Positions 1-9,128 of a stretch of 15,515 nucleotides of DNA are shown here, piece after piece. Position 1 is the first letter of the stretch, and every line of letters begins with the position of its first letter. The notes beneath the pieces were generated by a model. The model saw only the letters and a list, made by a program, of their open reading frames with translations, did no database searches and had not been told where the DNA came from. Location of the stretch: contig JAYVCD010000124.1 in NCBI GenBank assembly GCA_043750125.1, positions 1 to 15,515 on the forward strand. Direction: 5' to 3'. The translations under genes were made by a program, and so were the position numbers. Source of the stretch: Archangiaceae bacterium. GTDB lineage: Bacteria > Myxococcota > Myxococcia > Myxococcales > Myxococcaceae.

Positions 1-442
1 TCGCCAGGTGCGCGACCACCTTCAAGTCAGGGTTCGAGGTGTCTACGTCGGGGCGACCCCCAAGCTTGTCGCGCAGCCGATCGACGATCGCGTCTTTCAC
101 TTTCAGGGCGACGAAGCCCGAATGGTTGTGCTCGGAATCCTTCAGCGTCGCTTCGACCGCGAACGTCGAGCGCAGCGTGAAGTGCTCTTCCCAGGGCACG
201 GACTTCACCGCTTCGTAGAGCCCTTCGGCCCCGTGGGCTTCGGCCTCGAGCAGCGGGTAGAGCACCCGCATTGCCAGTCTCGAATGGAGCACGATGCGCA
301 GCGCCTCGCGCAGGTTGGCGTGGAAGCGGACGCCTCCGCGATCTTGCTTCACCTTCGCCGCGCCCAATGAGACGAGCTCGGCGGCGAGCAGTTCCTCGGT
401 TCCGCGAGAGGTGGTGGCGAAGAGGGGAAGTCGAGCTGCCAT
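1..442 (-). CDS. THUMP-domain class I SAM-dependent RNA methyltransferase (RlmL-like, 23S rRNA m2G2445 family), N-terminal part; runs off the left edge
   Basis: Manual translation of the minus strand from ATG at 442: MAARLPLFATTSRGTEELLAAELVSLGA...GGVRF...LHSRLAMRVL...LYEAVKSVPWEEHF...TFAVEA...HSGFVALKVKDAIVDRLRDKLGGRPDVDTSNPDLKVVAHLA. This matches the RlmL N-terminus/THUMP pattern. No stop codon inside the window, so the ORF track omits it. Confidence 0.9.
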   Translation of the reverse strand, partial: MAARLPLFATTSRGTEELLAAELVSLGAAKVKQDRGGVRFHANLREALRIVLHSRLAMRVLYPLLEAEAHGAEGLYEAVKSVPWEEHFTLRSTFAVEATLKDSEHNHSGFVALKVKDAIVDRLRDKLGGRPDVDTSNPDLKVVAHLA

Positions 443-470
443 CCCATGGCAATAGCCTCAGAAATCGGCC

Positions 471-2507
471 GTGTCGACAATGCCCACGGGTATGCTCGCC
501 GCAGTGAGCGCAGCAGTGAAGAAAGCAGCAGCCGACAAGCTCGAGCGCCTGGCCTCGCTTCGTTCTGAGCTTCGCCTGCTGGAAGCGGAAATGGGCTTGG
601 TTGATGGGGTCGACGCGGCCTTCGGGTCCACGGATCCAGGAAGCCTTTCGGCCCGCGAACGGCTTCTCACCGAGGCCGAACGCGTCGCCGGCGTCGGCTG
701 TTGGGCGTGGCATCAGCCGAGCAACAGCGCGCACTGGTCGGACGAAATGTTCCGGATCATGGGGGTCGACCGCGACCACCCGGGCGATTTGACCGAGGCG
801 TTCCTGGCCGCGATCAACCCAGCCGATGTCGACCGGGTGAAGGCCAACATGGACCAGGTGGTGAATCTGAACTTGAGCGTTCCCTACGAATTCCGGGTCG
901 TCCGCCCGGACGGGTCAGAGCGAATCGTGCGGTCGCAGACGGCCCCCCTGCTCGAGCCCGACGGCTCGACGACCCGGTACATCGGCACCATTCAGGACGT
1001 GACCGATCAGCGGCTGGCCGAGCGTCAGCGCACCCGGGATGACGAGATGCTTCGCGCGGCCGAAACATTGGCCGGAGTGGGAAGCTATCGCTGGGTTCCT
1101 TCCACCGGCGAAGTCGTCTGGTCCACCCAGTTCAAGGTCATCATCGGGGTCGCGGCCAATTCCGTTGCGTCGTTCGAAGCCTTCCTCTCGCGGCTTGTCC
1201 CTGAAGACAGGCTCAGGCTCGAGGTCTCGACCGCCCGGGCTTTGAAGAGTGGGCTGACCGAGTCGCTGGGCGTCCGCCTGGTGCGGGACGATGGGACCCC
1301 CCGCCAGCTGATCCTCGAGGGACGTTTTCTCGAAGGCGGCGAGATGATCGGTTCCGTGCTCGATGTCACCGACGTGCGCCGGCTGCAAAGCGATCTGTTC
1401 CAGGCGCAGAAGCTCGAGGCCCTGGGTCGGCTGGCCGGCGGCATCGCGCACGACTTCAACAACATTCTCGCGGTGCTCAAGCTGGGCATCGAGTCCCGCA
1501 ATGGGGGGGCGGCGCTGATGGCCGAGCTCTCGACCGCGATCGATCGCGGCGCGGCGCTCACCCGGCAGCTGCTCGCCTTCGGACGCAAGAATCTGCTCGA
1601 GCCCCGCCCGGTCGATGTCGCCGAGCTGCTGCGCCAGTCGGTCACGCTCGTCGATCGCCTGTTGGGCGACGCGGTCAATGCCCGGCTCGTTCTGGGAACG
1701 GAAACTTTGACGGTCAATGCCGACCCGACCCAGCTGCAGCACACGCTGATCAACCTGATGGTCAACGCGCGCGACGCGATGCCGACCGGAGGCACGCTGT
1801 GGCTGACCGCCCGCTCGATTCACTTCGAGCTGTCGCCGGCGGGCGTCAACCCTCAGCTGTCCCCGGGGGACTATGTCGAGATTGAAATCCGGGACGAGGG
1901 GACAGGCATCGACCCTGCCGTTCTGCCCCACATCTTCGAGCCGTTCTTCACCACCAAGCCCGCGGGGCAGGGCACCGGCCTGGGCCTGGCAAGCGTCTAC
2001 GGGACGGTGAGCCAATCGGGGGGCGGGCTCCAGGTGAGCTCGAAGGCGGGCGTGGGCAGCACGTTTCAGATTTTTCTGCCCCGCATCGACGGTGTCGCCG
2101 AGCGTGGTTTTTCGAAGGAAAGGCGCCCCTCGCGCCCCGGCAAGGGCGAACGGATCCTGGTGATCGACGATCTGGCGGCGATTCGGCGGGTGATGTCGGT
2201 CATTCTCGAACGCGCAGGCTTCGAACCGGTCTGCGTCGAAGACCTCCACGCGCTCGTCGCCGACGCGGCGCACATCGCCGGGTCGTGTGAGGCCGTGGTC
2301 ACCGACCTCGACATGCCAGGCTACAGCGGCCCCGAGATCGCGCGGATTCTATGGCGTCACGTGCCCGCGCTTCCGGTCCTCTTCATGAGCGGGCACCCGT
2401 TGCTCGAGCTTGCGTCTCAAGGCGCTGCGCGAACCGCTTTCCTCGGCAAGCCGTTCTCGGCCGACCAGGCGATCGAGCAGCTGACCGCGCTGCTCTACCG
2501 GCACTGA
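471..2507 (+). CDS. Cytoplasmic PAS-PAS hybrid sensor histidine kinase/response regulator (CckA-like architecture)
   Basis: Two PAS_3-like domains ([45 protein letters not shown]), H-box [20 protein letters not shown]-box [11 protein letters not shown]1 DEGTGI, F-box [10 protein letters not shown]2 GTGLGL, receiver ILVIDD..TDLDMP..FMSG..KPF. No TM segment. Start could be GTG 471, ATG 480 or ATG 492. Confidence 0.93.
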   Translation: MSTMPTGMLAAVSAAVKKAAADKLERLASLRSELRLLEAEMGLVDGVDAAFGSTDPGSLSARERLLTEAERVAGVGCWAWHQPSNSAHWSDEMFRIMGVDRDHPGDLTEAFLAAINPADVDRVKANMDQVVNLNLSVPYEFRVVRPDGSERIVRSQTAPLLEPDGSTTRYIGTIQDVTDQRLAERQRTRDDEMLRAAETLAGVGSYRWVPSTGEVVWSTQFKVIIGVAANSVASFEAFLSRLVPEDRLRLEVSTARALKSGLTESLGVRLVRDDGTPRQLILEGRFLEGGEMIGSVLDVTDVRRLQSDLFQAQKLEALGRLAGGIAHDFNNILAVLKLGIESRNGGAALMAELSTAIDRGAALTRQLLAFGRKNLLEPRPVDVAELLRQSVTLVDRLLGDAVNARLVLGTETLTVNADPTQLQHTLINLMVNARDAMPTGGTLWLTARSIHFELSPAGVNPQLSPGDYVEIEIRDEGTGIDPAVLPHIFEPFFTTKPAGQGTGLGLASVYGTVSQSGGGLQVSSKAGVGSTFQIFLPRIDGVAERGFSKERRPSRPGKGERILVIDDLAAIRRVMSVILERAGFEPVCVEDLHALVADAAHIAGSCEAVVTDLDMPGYSGPEIARILWRHVPALPVLFMSGHPLLELASQGAARTAFLGKPFSADQAIEQLTALLYRH

Positions 2508-2514
2508 GGCCTAG

Positions 2515-3300
2515 CTACGGGCGAACACTCGCGGCGCGGAAGGCCTGCAGCTTTTCCACCACCATTCGCCCGTTGGTCGGCCCCATGCGCAGCAGGTGCT
2601 TCTGGGCGCGGCTCAACGATTCGAGGTTCGGGTCGATGAAGCGGTAGCCGATGCCTTCGTCGAGCGCGGCGACCTCGAGCGGGGCGTCGATGATCGGAAC
2701 GGACGCGAGGGTGTCGATCGCCTTGGTCAACGCGTCGTCGAAGTTCTTTCCGGCCGGAGCGATCTCGCGGAACACCGATTCGGCGTACGGGCGCACCTTC
2801 GCGTAGAGCTGGCCGGCGGCAGCCGCGTCAATCGAGCCGATCACCTGGGCGACCGAGTTGTAGCGGGCGTTGCTCTTCGGGCTGATGAAGACCTGCTTCT
2901 GCCGCGTCTTCTTGTTTCTTTTTTCCACCACCGAGAACACCCCGGGGACGGTGAGGAAACCCAGCGTCTCGCGCGGGCTCTCGCCTTCCCCGACCTGCAC
3001 CATCGCCGCGACCACGCGACGAACGATGTCCGGGTGGGCCAGCCAATGGGCGAGGTCCAGGTTGCTCGAGAGCGAGGCGGCTGCGTCTTTGAGCAGTGCG
3101 TCGCCCTGGGCCAGGTCGACTGGGGCCGGGGTGGGCTCGGGGGTGCCTGCGTCGACCGCGTGTGGCTCGATGACCACGAGCGTGTCGGGAGCCTGTCGTC
3201 CTTCGTAGATTCGCCAGCCGATGAAAATGCTGACCGCGAGGAGGATGAAGACCGCCAACACGACATAGGGGGTTCGATTCGTGACTCGAGGCTCGCTCAT
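2515..3300 (-). CDS. DUF3014 family membrane-anchored protein
   Basis: N-terminal TM helix (YVVLAVFILLAVSIFIGW), Pro/DAG linker, then family-typical motifs IVRRVVAA, SNARY, LY...PY..., YRFIDPNLESLSRAQKHLLRMGP. ATG at 3300 has a GAGG Shine-Dalgarno-like sequence upstream; ATG 3318 is the alternative start. Confidence 0.85.
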   Translation of the reverse strand: MSEPRVTNRTPYVVLAVFILLAVSIFIGWRIYEGRQAPDTLVVIEPHAVDAGTPEPTPAPVDLAQGDALLKDAAASLSSNLDLAHWLAHPDIVRRVVAAMVQVGEGESPRETLGFLTVPGVFSVVEKRNKKTRQKQVFISPKSNARYNSVAQVIGSIDAAAAGQLYAKVRPYAESVFREIAPAGKNFDDALTKAIDTLASVPIIDAPLEVAALDEGIGYRFIDPNLESLSRAQKHLLRMGPTNGRMVVEKLQAFRAASVRP

Positions 3301-3343
3301 AGGGCTGCCTCGATACATGGATCATGCCGCGGGCGTCGCCGAA

Positions 3344-4110
3344 TCAGCGTTGGAGGACGGTGGGAGTGGCTCTGGAGCATCGGCTCTCATACGTGCGCAG
3401 CCGCGCGAGGCAGTCGGCCCGCTGGGCAAGCCCGCCGTGCACCAGCAGGTCGAGTGCTTGTCGCTGCCGCGCCACCGCTTCGGGGCACCGGCCGGCCGCG
3501 GCGAGGGTGGCCGCCTGGGTGTCGACCATCGCCGGGGACCAGGGGCGCAGGGCCGCGGCCTGTTCGGCAAGTTTCACTGCCCCGATCTTGTCGGCGAGGG
3601 CAGCGTCGAGCTCGGCCGTGGCGGCGGTGCGGCGAGATTCGAAATCCAGCGGGCTGGATTGAAGCAGCAGCTCTCGAGGTACTCCGCGAGCCCTTCCGAC
3701 AGCCACCGGGGCTGGCGGGGCATGATGTACGCGCTGACGTGATGGGCAATCTGGTGCGCGATCGCTTTTGCAAATTGCGGGTCGTGCAGGCCGACTTGCG
3801 AAGTGACGATGGTCGGCCCGGAGGAAAGCTGCGCGACGAAGTCTGCGAGCGAAGAACGGTCGCGGACCACCCACAGCTCGAGGCGATCTTTGGGCGCGAC
3901 GGCCGGACCCCAATAGGCGAGCACGGCGGCCCGCGTCGCTTCAATCGAATGGGCGGCCTCGAGCGCAGCCGGCAGGTCGAGCTGGGCCCTGAGCCGGACG
4001 TGCGCGGTTCGCACTTCGACCCACTGACTCGCCTCGCCGACCATCGCCGCCTGCGCAGTCACGCAGGACGGAAGAACGACGAGCGCGCTCAGCACCGCCT
4101 CGAAGGACAA
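3344..4110 (-). pseudogene. Frameshifted DUF1570-like (gluzincin-like) plus TPR protein, possibly internally deleted
   Basis: Frame 1 (ORF 3574..4161, plausible TTG start at 4110 just after the ftsK stop) encodes a signal/lipoprotein-like N-terminus, WVEVRTAHVRL, AHQIAHH and PRWLSEGLAEYLE. After about 3672 the coding-like sequence continues in the -1 frame (ORF 3344..3913) as a TPR-like tail AVKLAEQAAALRPWSPAMVDTQAATLAAAGRCPEAVARQRQALDLL...RLRTYESRC. Confidence 0.65.
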
Positions 4111-4111
4111 G

Positions 4112-7100
4112 TTACATCGCGTCCATGCCGGGCATTTCTCCCACCGGACGCAGGAGCACATCGCGAGGCTTGGCTCCGTCGGCGGCTCCGACCATTCCGT
4201 CTCGTTCCATTCGCTCGATCATGCGCGCGGCGCGGTTGTACCCGATGCGCATCTTGCGCTGCAGCATCGAGATGCTGACCTGGCGCATCTCGCTGACGAT
4301 CGCGACCGCCTGGTCGTAGAGCTCGTCGGACAGCTCGTCTTCCGGTCCGCCGTCGGTCGTTCCATCTTCTTCGCGGGCCTTCAAGATCGACTCGTCGTAA
4401 ACCGGCTTGCCCTGTGCCTTGAGGTGATCGACGGCGCGTTTGATCTCGGCCTCGGACACGTAGCAGCCGTGCACCCGCTGCAGGTGCGCGCTGGTGGGAG
4501 GAAGAATCAACATGTCGCCCATGCCGAGCAGCGCTTCGGCGCCGACGGTGCCCAGGACGGTCATCGAGTCGGGCTTGCTGCGCAGCATGAAGGTGATGCG
4601 GGTGGGGAAGTTGGCCTTGATGATTCCGGTGACTACGTCGGTCGAGGGCCGCTGGGTCGCGACCATCAGGTGAATGCCGGCCGCGCGCGCCATCTGCGCG
4701 AGGCGAGCGACCGACGTTTCGACTTCCTTCGAGGCGACCATCATCAGGTCGGCGAGCTCGTCGATGATCACCACGATGTACGGCAGCTTCTTCTTTGCCG
4801 TCTCGGCTTCGGCGGTGCGGGTGGCTTCCGCGGCAGCCAGCGCGGCGGCCTCGGCTTCGGTCGGCTCGTCGACCCGGATCTCGGCTTCTTTTTCCTGCAG
4901 CTCCTGAATCCGCGCGTCTTCGAGCAGCTCGTTGGGAGCGGGGACTCCCAGCGCGAGGCCGGGTGAAGGGGAGGCGGCTTCGAGCGGGGGGGATTCCGCC
5001 TCGGGGGCCGACGCGTCGGCGACATCGACGATCAGCAGCTTGCGCTTCTTGGCTTTCGCCGGCTCGGCGGGGACTTCAGCCGCGGGAGGCGCATCGTCGA
5101 GCTTCACCTCGAGCGCAGAGACCGGGGGCGCCTTGACGACGATCTTCCCTTCGATCACCGGCCCGACGGGCGCGGGCACCGGCTTCTTCGTCGTCGCGTC
5201 GAGCATCGCGTTGTAGCCGGCGATGTTCCGGACGCCCGCATCGGCCAGCAGCCGGTAACGGCGGGTCATCTCGTCGACCGCCCACTGCAGCGCGATGGCC
5301 GCCTTGCGCGGGTCGGTCACCACCGGGAGCAGCAGGTGGGGAATTCCCTCGTACACCGACAGCTCGAGCATCTTCGGGTCCACCATGATGAAGCGGACTT
5401 CTTCGGGCGTGCTCTTGAGCAAGATGCTCATGATCATCGCGTTCACCGCGACCGATTTGCCCGAGCCGGTGGTGCCGGCGATCAACAGGTGGGGCGCCTT
5501 GGCGAGGTCGAAGACGTACGGCATGCCCTCGATGTCCTTGCCCAGGCACATCGTCAGCCGCGAGGTCGACTTCTGGAATGCGTCCTGCTCGGCGATCTCT
5601 TTGAGGAAGACCGTCTCGCGATCCTTGTTCGGTACCTCGATGCCCACCACGCCCTTGCCCGGAATCGGCGCGACGATTCGAACCCGCATCGCCTCCATCG
5701 CCATCGCCAGATCGTCGGCCAATGAAGCGATGCGGGAAATCTTGATTCCCGGGGCGGGCTTGAACTCGTACATCGTGACCACCGGCCCGGGGCGGATCTC
5801 GACCACGTCTCCATCGATCCCGAAGTCGCGCAGCTTCGCCGACAGCTTGGCGGCGGTGGACAGGTAGGCCTCTTTGTCCACCGCGACCCGCTGGATCTGG
5901 TTCGACTCGAGGACGTCCATCGGCGGAGCGACGAAGCTCTTTCGATTTCCGACGAACTCGAACTCTTCTTTCCGGACCGTCGGCCGGGGCGGCGCTTTCG
6001 GCTCGACGATGATGGGCGTGCGGGCGAGCGCGGTCGACAGCGCGGTCGCGCGGGCGGGGGCGGCGAAGGCCGGCGTCGACTCGACCACCGGAATCGACGC
6101 GATGCTGTCCGCTGCGATGGGCGGCAACGAATCGAAAGCCTGCGGCGGGGCAGGGGGCGGCATCACGATCGCGGGCGAAGCGCGGCGCGGCGGGGGGTTC
6201 GACGGCCCGGCCGGCTGGATCATCGAGTGGGTCACGGGCGTCGGGGGCTCGCTCACCAACGGAGCCAGCTGGCTGGCCCACGCCGGGTCTTCACCCACGC
6301 TGCGCATTCGAGGCGCGGCGGTCGGCTGGGGTGCGGGCACGGGGCCCGGAATCGGACCGCGCTGTTGTTCCTTCTCGAGCCGCTCTCGTTCCCGGGCTCC
6401 TTCCCGCGCGGCGCGCAGTCCTTCCCGCTCGGCCTTCAGCGCGTCGCGTTCCATCACCCGCGCCTCGCGCTCGACCAGCTTCTCGTTGAGCACCAGCTCT
6501 TTCTCGGCCAGCTTGTGGGTCTTGGCCGCTTCGGTTTCCATCAGCCGAGACAGCTCGGCGTTGCGCTGCAGCTGGGCGTTCTCGTCCGCGATCGCGTCGG
6601 CCTCTTCGGCCGAGGCTTCCATCTCGGCCAGCTCGGCTTCCTGCTTCTCGAGCTGCTCGAGGAAGGCGGCCTCTTCTTCCGCCGCCTTCGCCGCGGCAAT
6701 CTTCCGCTCTTCGAGCCGAACCTTCTGCGCGTCGTAGAACTCGTGGCCCCACGCCTGAAGCTTCTTGCCCAGGTGCTGCGCCGCCGCCCAGACCAGGGTG
6801 CAGATGCGCAGGAAGGCGAACTGGGTGCCGACAATCAGCGCGACCGACGCCAGCGCGCTGACGAGCACGATGGTCCCGACCGTCGAGAACAACGCCGCCA
6901 GCGCTCCACCTACGTCGCGGCCCAGCAGCCCGCCCGGAGCGTGCGCCCAGCCGCGATCGTCCTTGAACAGCAGCTGCGCCAGCACCGAGCCCGAGACGAG
7001 CAGCAGGGCAAGGCACAGCAGCTGGGGCCAGCGGCGCTGTTTGGGTTGACCTGCGAAGATGATTCCCGCGGTGTAGAGGCCGGCCAGGGGCAGGACCCAC

Positions 7101-7372
7101 GCTCCGATTCCGAGGAAGCCGCGCAGCGCCTCGGCGATCGCGTGGCCCACTGGCCCAATCGCATTGTGGAACCCCGGGCCGACCCGGTCTTGCGCGGAGA
7201 AGGTGGCCACCGACAGCAGGGCCAGCACCGACACGGTCAGCACCCCCACGCCCGCGATCGCGCGCTTGCCGGTGGGGTTGGCTTTCATCTTCTGCTGGGC
7301 AATCGCCTTTCGCTTCGAGGCGATGTCTTGACGTGAAAGCACTGACTTCTCGCGAGCGCGACTTGCTGCCAT
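4112..7372 (-). CDS. ftsK: DNA translocase FtsK (N-terminal 4TM domain, long linker, alpha/beta motor, gamma domain)
   Basis: TM region with PGGLLG motif; alpha domain GPVVTMYEFKPAPGIKISRI..RIVAPIPGKGVVGIEVPN; Walker A PHLLIAGTTGSGKS; VDPKMLELSVYEGIPHLL; Walker B YIVVIIDELADLM; RLAQMARAAGIHLMVATQRPS; gamma domain DELYDQAV..SISMLQRKMRIGYNRAARMIE. ATG at 7372 is preceded by an AGGGG SD-like sequence and a sigmaA-like promoter, so it is preferred over the track start at 7456. Confidence 0.97.
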   Translation of the reverse strand: MAASRAREKSVLSRQDIASKRKAIAQQKMKANPTGKRAIAGVGVLTVSVLALLSVATFSAQDRVGPGFHNAIGPVGHAIAEALRGFLGIGAWVLPLAGLYTAGIIFAGQPKQRRWPQLLCLALLLVSGSVLAQLLFKDDRGWAHAPGGLLGRDVGGALAALFSTVGTIVLVSALASVALIVGTQFAFLRICTLVWAAAQHLGKKLQAWGHEFYDAQKVRLEERKIAAAKAAEEEAAFLEQLEKQEAELAEMEASAEEADAIADENAQLQRNAELSRLMETEAAKTHKLAEKELVLNEKLVEREARVMERDALKAEREGLRAAREGARERERLEKEQQRGPIPGPVPAPQPTAAPRMRSVGEDPAWASQLAPLVSEPPTPVTHSMIQPAGPSNPPPRRASPAIVMPPPAPPQAFDSLPPIAADSIASIPVVESTPAFAAPARATALSTALARTPIIVEPKAPPRPTVRKEEFEFVGNRKSFVAPPMDVLESNQIQRVAVDKEAYLSTAAKLSAKLRDFGIDGDVVEIRPGPVVTMYEFKPAPGIKISRIASLADDLAMAMEAMRVRIVAPIPGKGVVGIEVPNKDRETVFLKEIAEQDAFQKSTSRLTMCLGKDIEGMPYVFDLAKAPHLLIAGTTGSGKSVAVNAMIMSILLKSTPEEVRFIMVDPKMLELSVYEGIPHLLLPVVTDPRKAAIALQWAVDEMTRRYRLLADAGVRNIAGYNAMLDATTKKPVPAPVGPVIEGKIVVKAPPVSALEVKLDDAPPAAEVPAEPAKAKKRKLLIVDVADASAPEAESPPLEAASPSPGLALGVPAPNELLEDARIQELQEKEAEIRVDEPTEAEAAALAAAEATRTAEAETAKKKLPYIVVIIDELADLMMVASKEVETSVARLAQMARAAGIHLMVATQRPSTDVVTGIIKANFPTRITFMLRSKPDSMTVLGTVGAEALLGMGDMLILPPTSAHLQRVHGCYVSEAEIKRAVDHLKAQGKPVYDESILKAREEDGTTDGGPEDELSDELYDQAVAIVSEMRQVSISMLQRKMRIGYNRAARMIERMERDGMVGAADGAKPRDVLLRPVGEMPGMDAM

Positions 7373-7406
7373 TTGCAACACCCCTGTTTTGATCTGATCC
7401 GCGACG

Positions 7407-7434
7407 AGCGTAGGAGCGCGCAATGACGGGTCAA
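7407..7434 (-). promoter_or_regulatory. Putative sigmaA/sigma70-type promoter for ftsK
   Basis: Minus strand TTGACC (7434-7429), 16-nt spacer, TACGCT (7412-7407), about 35 nt upstream of ATG 7372. Confidence 0.5.
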
Positions 7435-7480
7435 TTTCCTGACCTCCGATCGGCAAAGTGCCCTAAATACCTCTCGCCCC

Positions 7481-8839
7481 ATGGATGTCAGCTGCCCTCA
7501 ATGCAAGACCGAGTACGAGTTCGAGGACGCTCGGATTCCGGACGATGGCCTCACGGTCAAGTGCACCCAGTGCGCCCACGTCTTCCGGATGAAGAAACGG
7601 GCGCTCGATCTGCCCCGGCCCACCGAAGACAGCCAGCCCGGACGCGAATGGCGGCTGCGCCAACCTTCAGGAAACACCTTCAACTTCCGCCGCCTGACCA
7701 CGCTGCAGAAGTGGATCGTCGAGCGCAAGGTTCAGAAGGACGATGAGATCAGCCTGACCGGCGACAGCTGGAAGCGGCTGGGGGACATCGCCGAGCTCGC
7801 GAGCTTCTTCCAGGTGGTCGACGACGCGATTCGCGCCGAGACCCGGGCGAACGCTCCCCGCCCCGAGCTGCCCTCCACGCCCCGGCACACCGACACCCTT
7901 CCGGGCCCGGGCTTTTCGGCGTTGCCTCCGTTGCCCCCGTCGGCCAAGCAGGGCCCGTCGTCGATGGGCGCTCCGTCGATTCCGAACAACGAGACCATTC
8001 GAGGAAACGTCTTCTCGGTGCCTCCTTCCGCGCGGCCCTCTTCGCCTCCGCTGTTGATGTCGCCCAAGCGCATTCCCACCGGCACCGGCGTTCGATCGGC
8101 TCAGTGGGACGACAGCGACCTCAAGCTTCAGAAGCAGGGTGGAATGCTGAAGTGGATCATCCTCGCGCTGCTGATCCTCGTCATCGGGGGCGGCTCGGCC
8201 TACTACTTCATCGTCTTTGCTCCCAGTGCGCAGCGGGTGGCCACCGACCAGGCGGAAGCGGCGCGCCAGGCCCAGATCGAGCAGGCGAGCAAAGACGCGC
8301 TGGCCGCTCAGCAGAAAATTGCCGAAGCCGCCGCGCAGGTGCGGGCCGATGCCGAAGCGGTCGCCACTGCGAAGCCCGACGCCGGGGCGGTCGTGGCGCA
8401 AGTCGTCTTCGATGCTGGCGCGGCCGTGCCCGATGCGGGCCTCGAGGCGGTCAAGCCCTCGCTGCCGGCCAAACCCAAAGACTTCGATCAGCTGATGGCC
8501 GAGGCCGAGCGGCTGCGGGAACGCGATAAGTCCGAAGCCGCCCTGGCCCTGTTCGCCAAAGCGGCCGAGCTCAAGCCTCAGCGCGTCGAGCCCCAGTCGG
8601 GAGGCGGCTTCGCGCTGCTCGATCTGGGCAAGGTCGCCGAAGCAGAGGCCGCGTTTCGAGGAGCGCTGGAAGTCAACCCGCGCTACGGCCCGGCGTTGAT
8701 TGGAATGGCGGAATCTTCCAAAGGCCTGGGGAAGAAGGCGCAGGCGATCGAGTACTACGAGAAGTACCTCGAGGTGCTGCCCAACGGCTCGGAAGCCAAG
8801 ATGGCGCGGGGTGCGATCGACCGGTTGAAGGGCCCGTGA
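7481..8839 (+). CDS. Zinc-ribbon (MJ0042-type) / GYF_2-like / Pro-rich linker / single TM / periplasmic TPR protein
   Basis: N-terminal [28 protein letters not shown]_2-like block [64 protein letters not shown] repeats; TPR-like helices ([43 protein letters not shown]). Confidence 0.85.
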   Translation: MDVSCPQCKTEYEFEDARIPDDGLTVKCTQCAHVFRMKKRALDLPRPTEDSQPGREWRLRQPSGNTFNFRRLTTLQKWIVERKVQKDDEISLTGDSWKRLGDIAELASFFQVVDDAIRAETRANAPRPELPSTPRHTDTLPGPGFSALPPLPPSAKQGPSSMGAPSIPNNETIRGNVFSVPPSARPSSPPLLMSPKRIPTGTGVRSAQWDDSDLKLQKQGGMLKWIILALLILVIGGGSAYYFIVFAPSAQRVATDQAEAARQAQIEQASKDALAAQQKIAEAAAQVRADAEAVATAKPDAGAVVAQVVFDAGAAVPDAGLEAVKPSLPAKPKDFDQLMAEAERLRERDKSEAALALFAKAAELKPQRVEPQSGGGFALLDLGKVAEAEAAFRGALEVNPRYGPALIGMAESSKGLGKKAQAIEYYEKYLEVLPNGSEAKMARGAIDRLKGP

Positions 8840-9126
8840 GCGCGCTGACGCTCGAGCAGGTCCGGCACGTGGCGAAGCTGGCCCGGCTGCAGCTTTCGGC
8901 GGAAGAAGAGCAGAAGACCCTGGGGCAGCTGCAGCAGATCCTCGAGGCGGTCGCCACCCTCAACGCGCTGGACACTTCGGACGTTCTTCCGACGTACCAG
9001 GTGAACCTGAGCTCCGGTTTTCTGCGCCCCGACGAGGCCGCGCCGACGCTGGGTACCGAGAAGGCGCTGAGCAATGCGCCGCAGCGGGTGGGCAATCACT
9101 TCGCGGTTCCGAAGATCATCGACTGA
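8836..9126 (+). CDS. gatC: Asp-tRNA(Asn)/Glu-tRNA(Gln) amidotransferase subunit C
   Basis: [50 protein letters not shown]. The GTG start overlaps the upstream TGA (GTGA) and the gene directly precedes gatA. Confidence 0.95.
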   Translation: MSALTLEQVRHVAKLARLQLSAEEEQKTLGQLQQILEAVATLNALDTSDVLPTYQVNLSSGFLRPDEAAPTLGTEKALSNAPQRVGNHFAVPKIID

Positions 9127-9128
9127 CC

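Noticed and set aside
8..779. Track ORFs 8..370 (+) and 27..779 (-)
   Set aside because: Shadow frames. The real genes are the minus-strand THUMP methyltransferase (start 442) and the plus-strand kinase.
4787..5206. FtsK insertion as an intein
   Set aside because: No N-terminal Cys/Ser block, no terminal His-Asn followed by Cys/Ser/Thr, and low-complexity composition.
915..7336. Long antisense or alternative ORFs (915..2273, 2596..4278, 5076..6281, 6227..7336 and similar)
   Set aside because: Typical stop-poor shadow ORFs of high-GC DNA that overlap well-supported genes and have no recognisable motifs.
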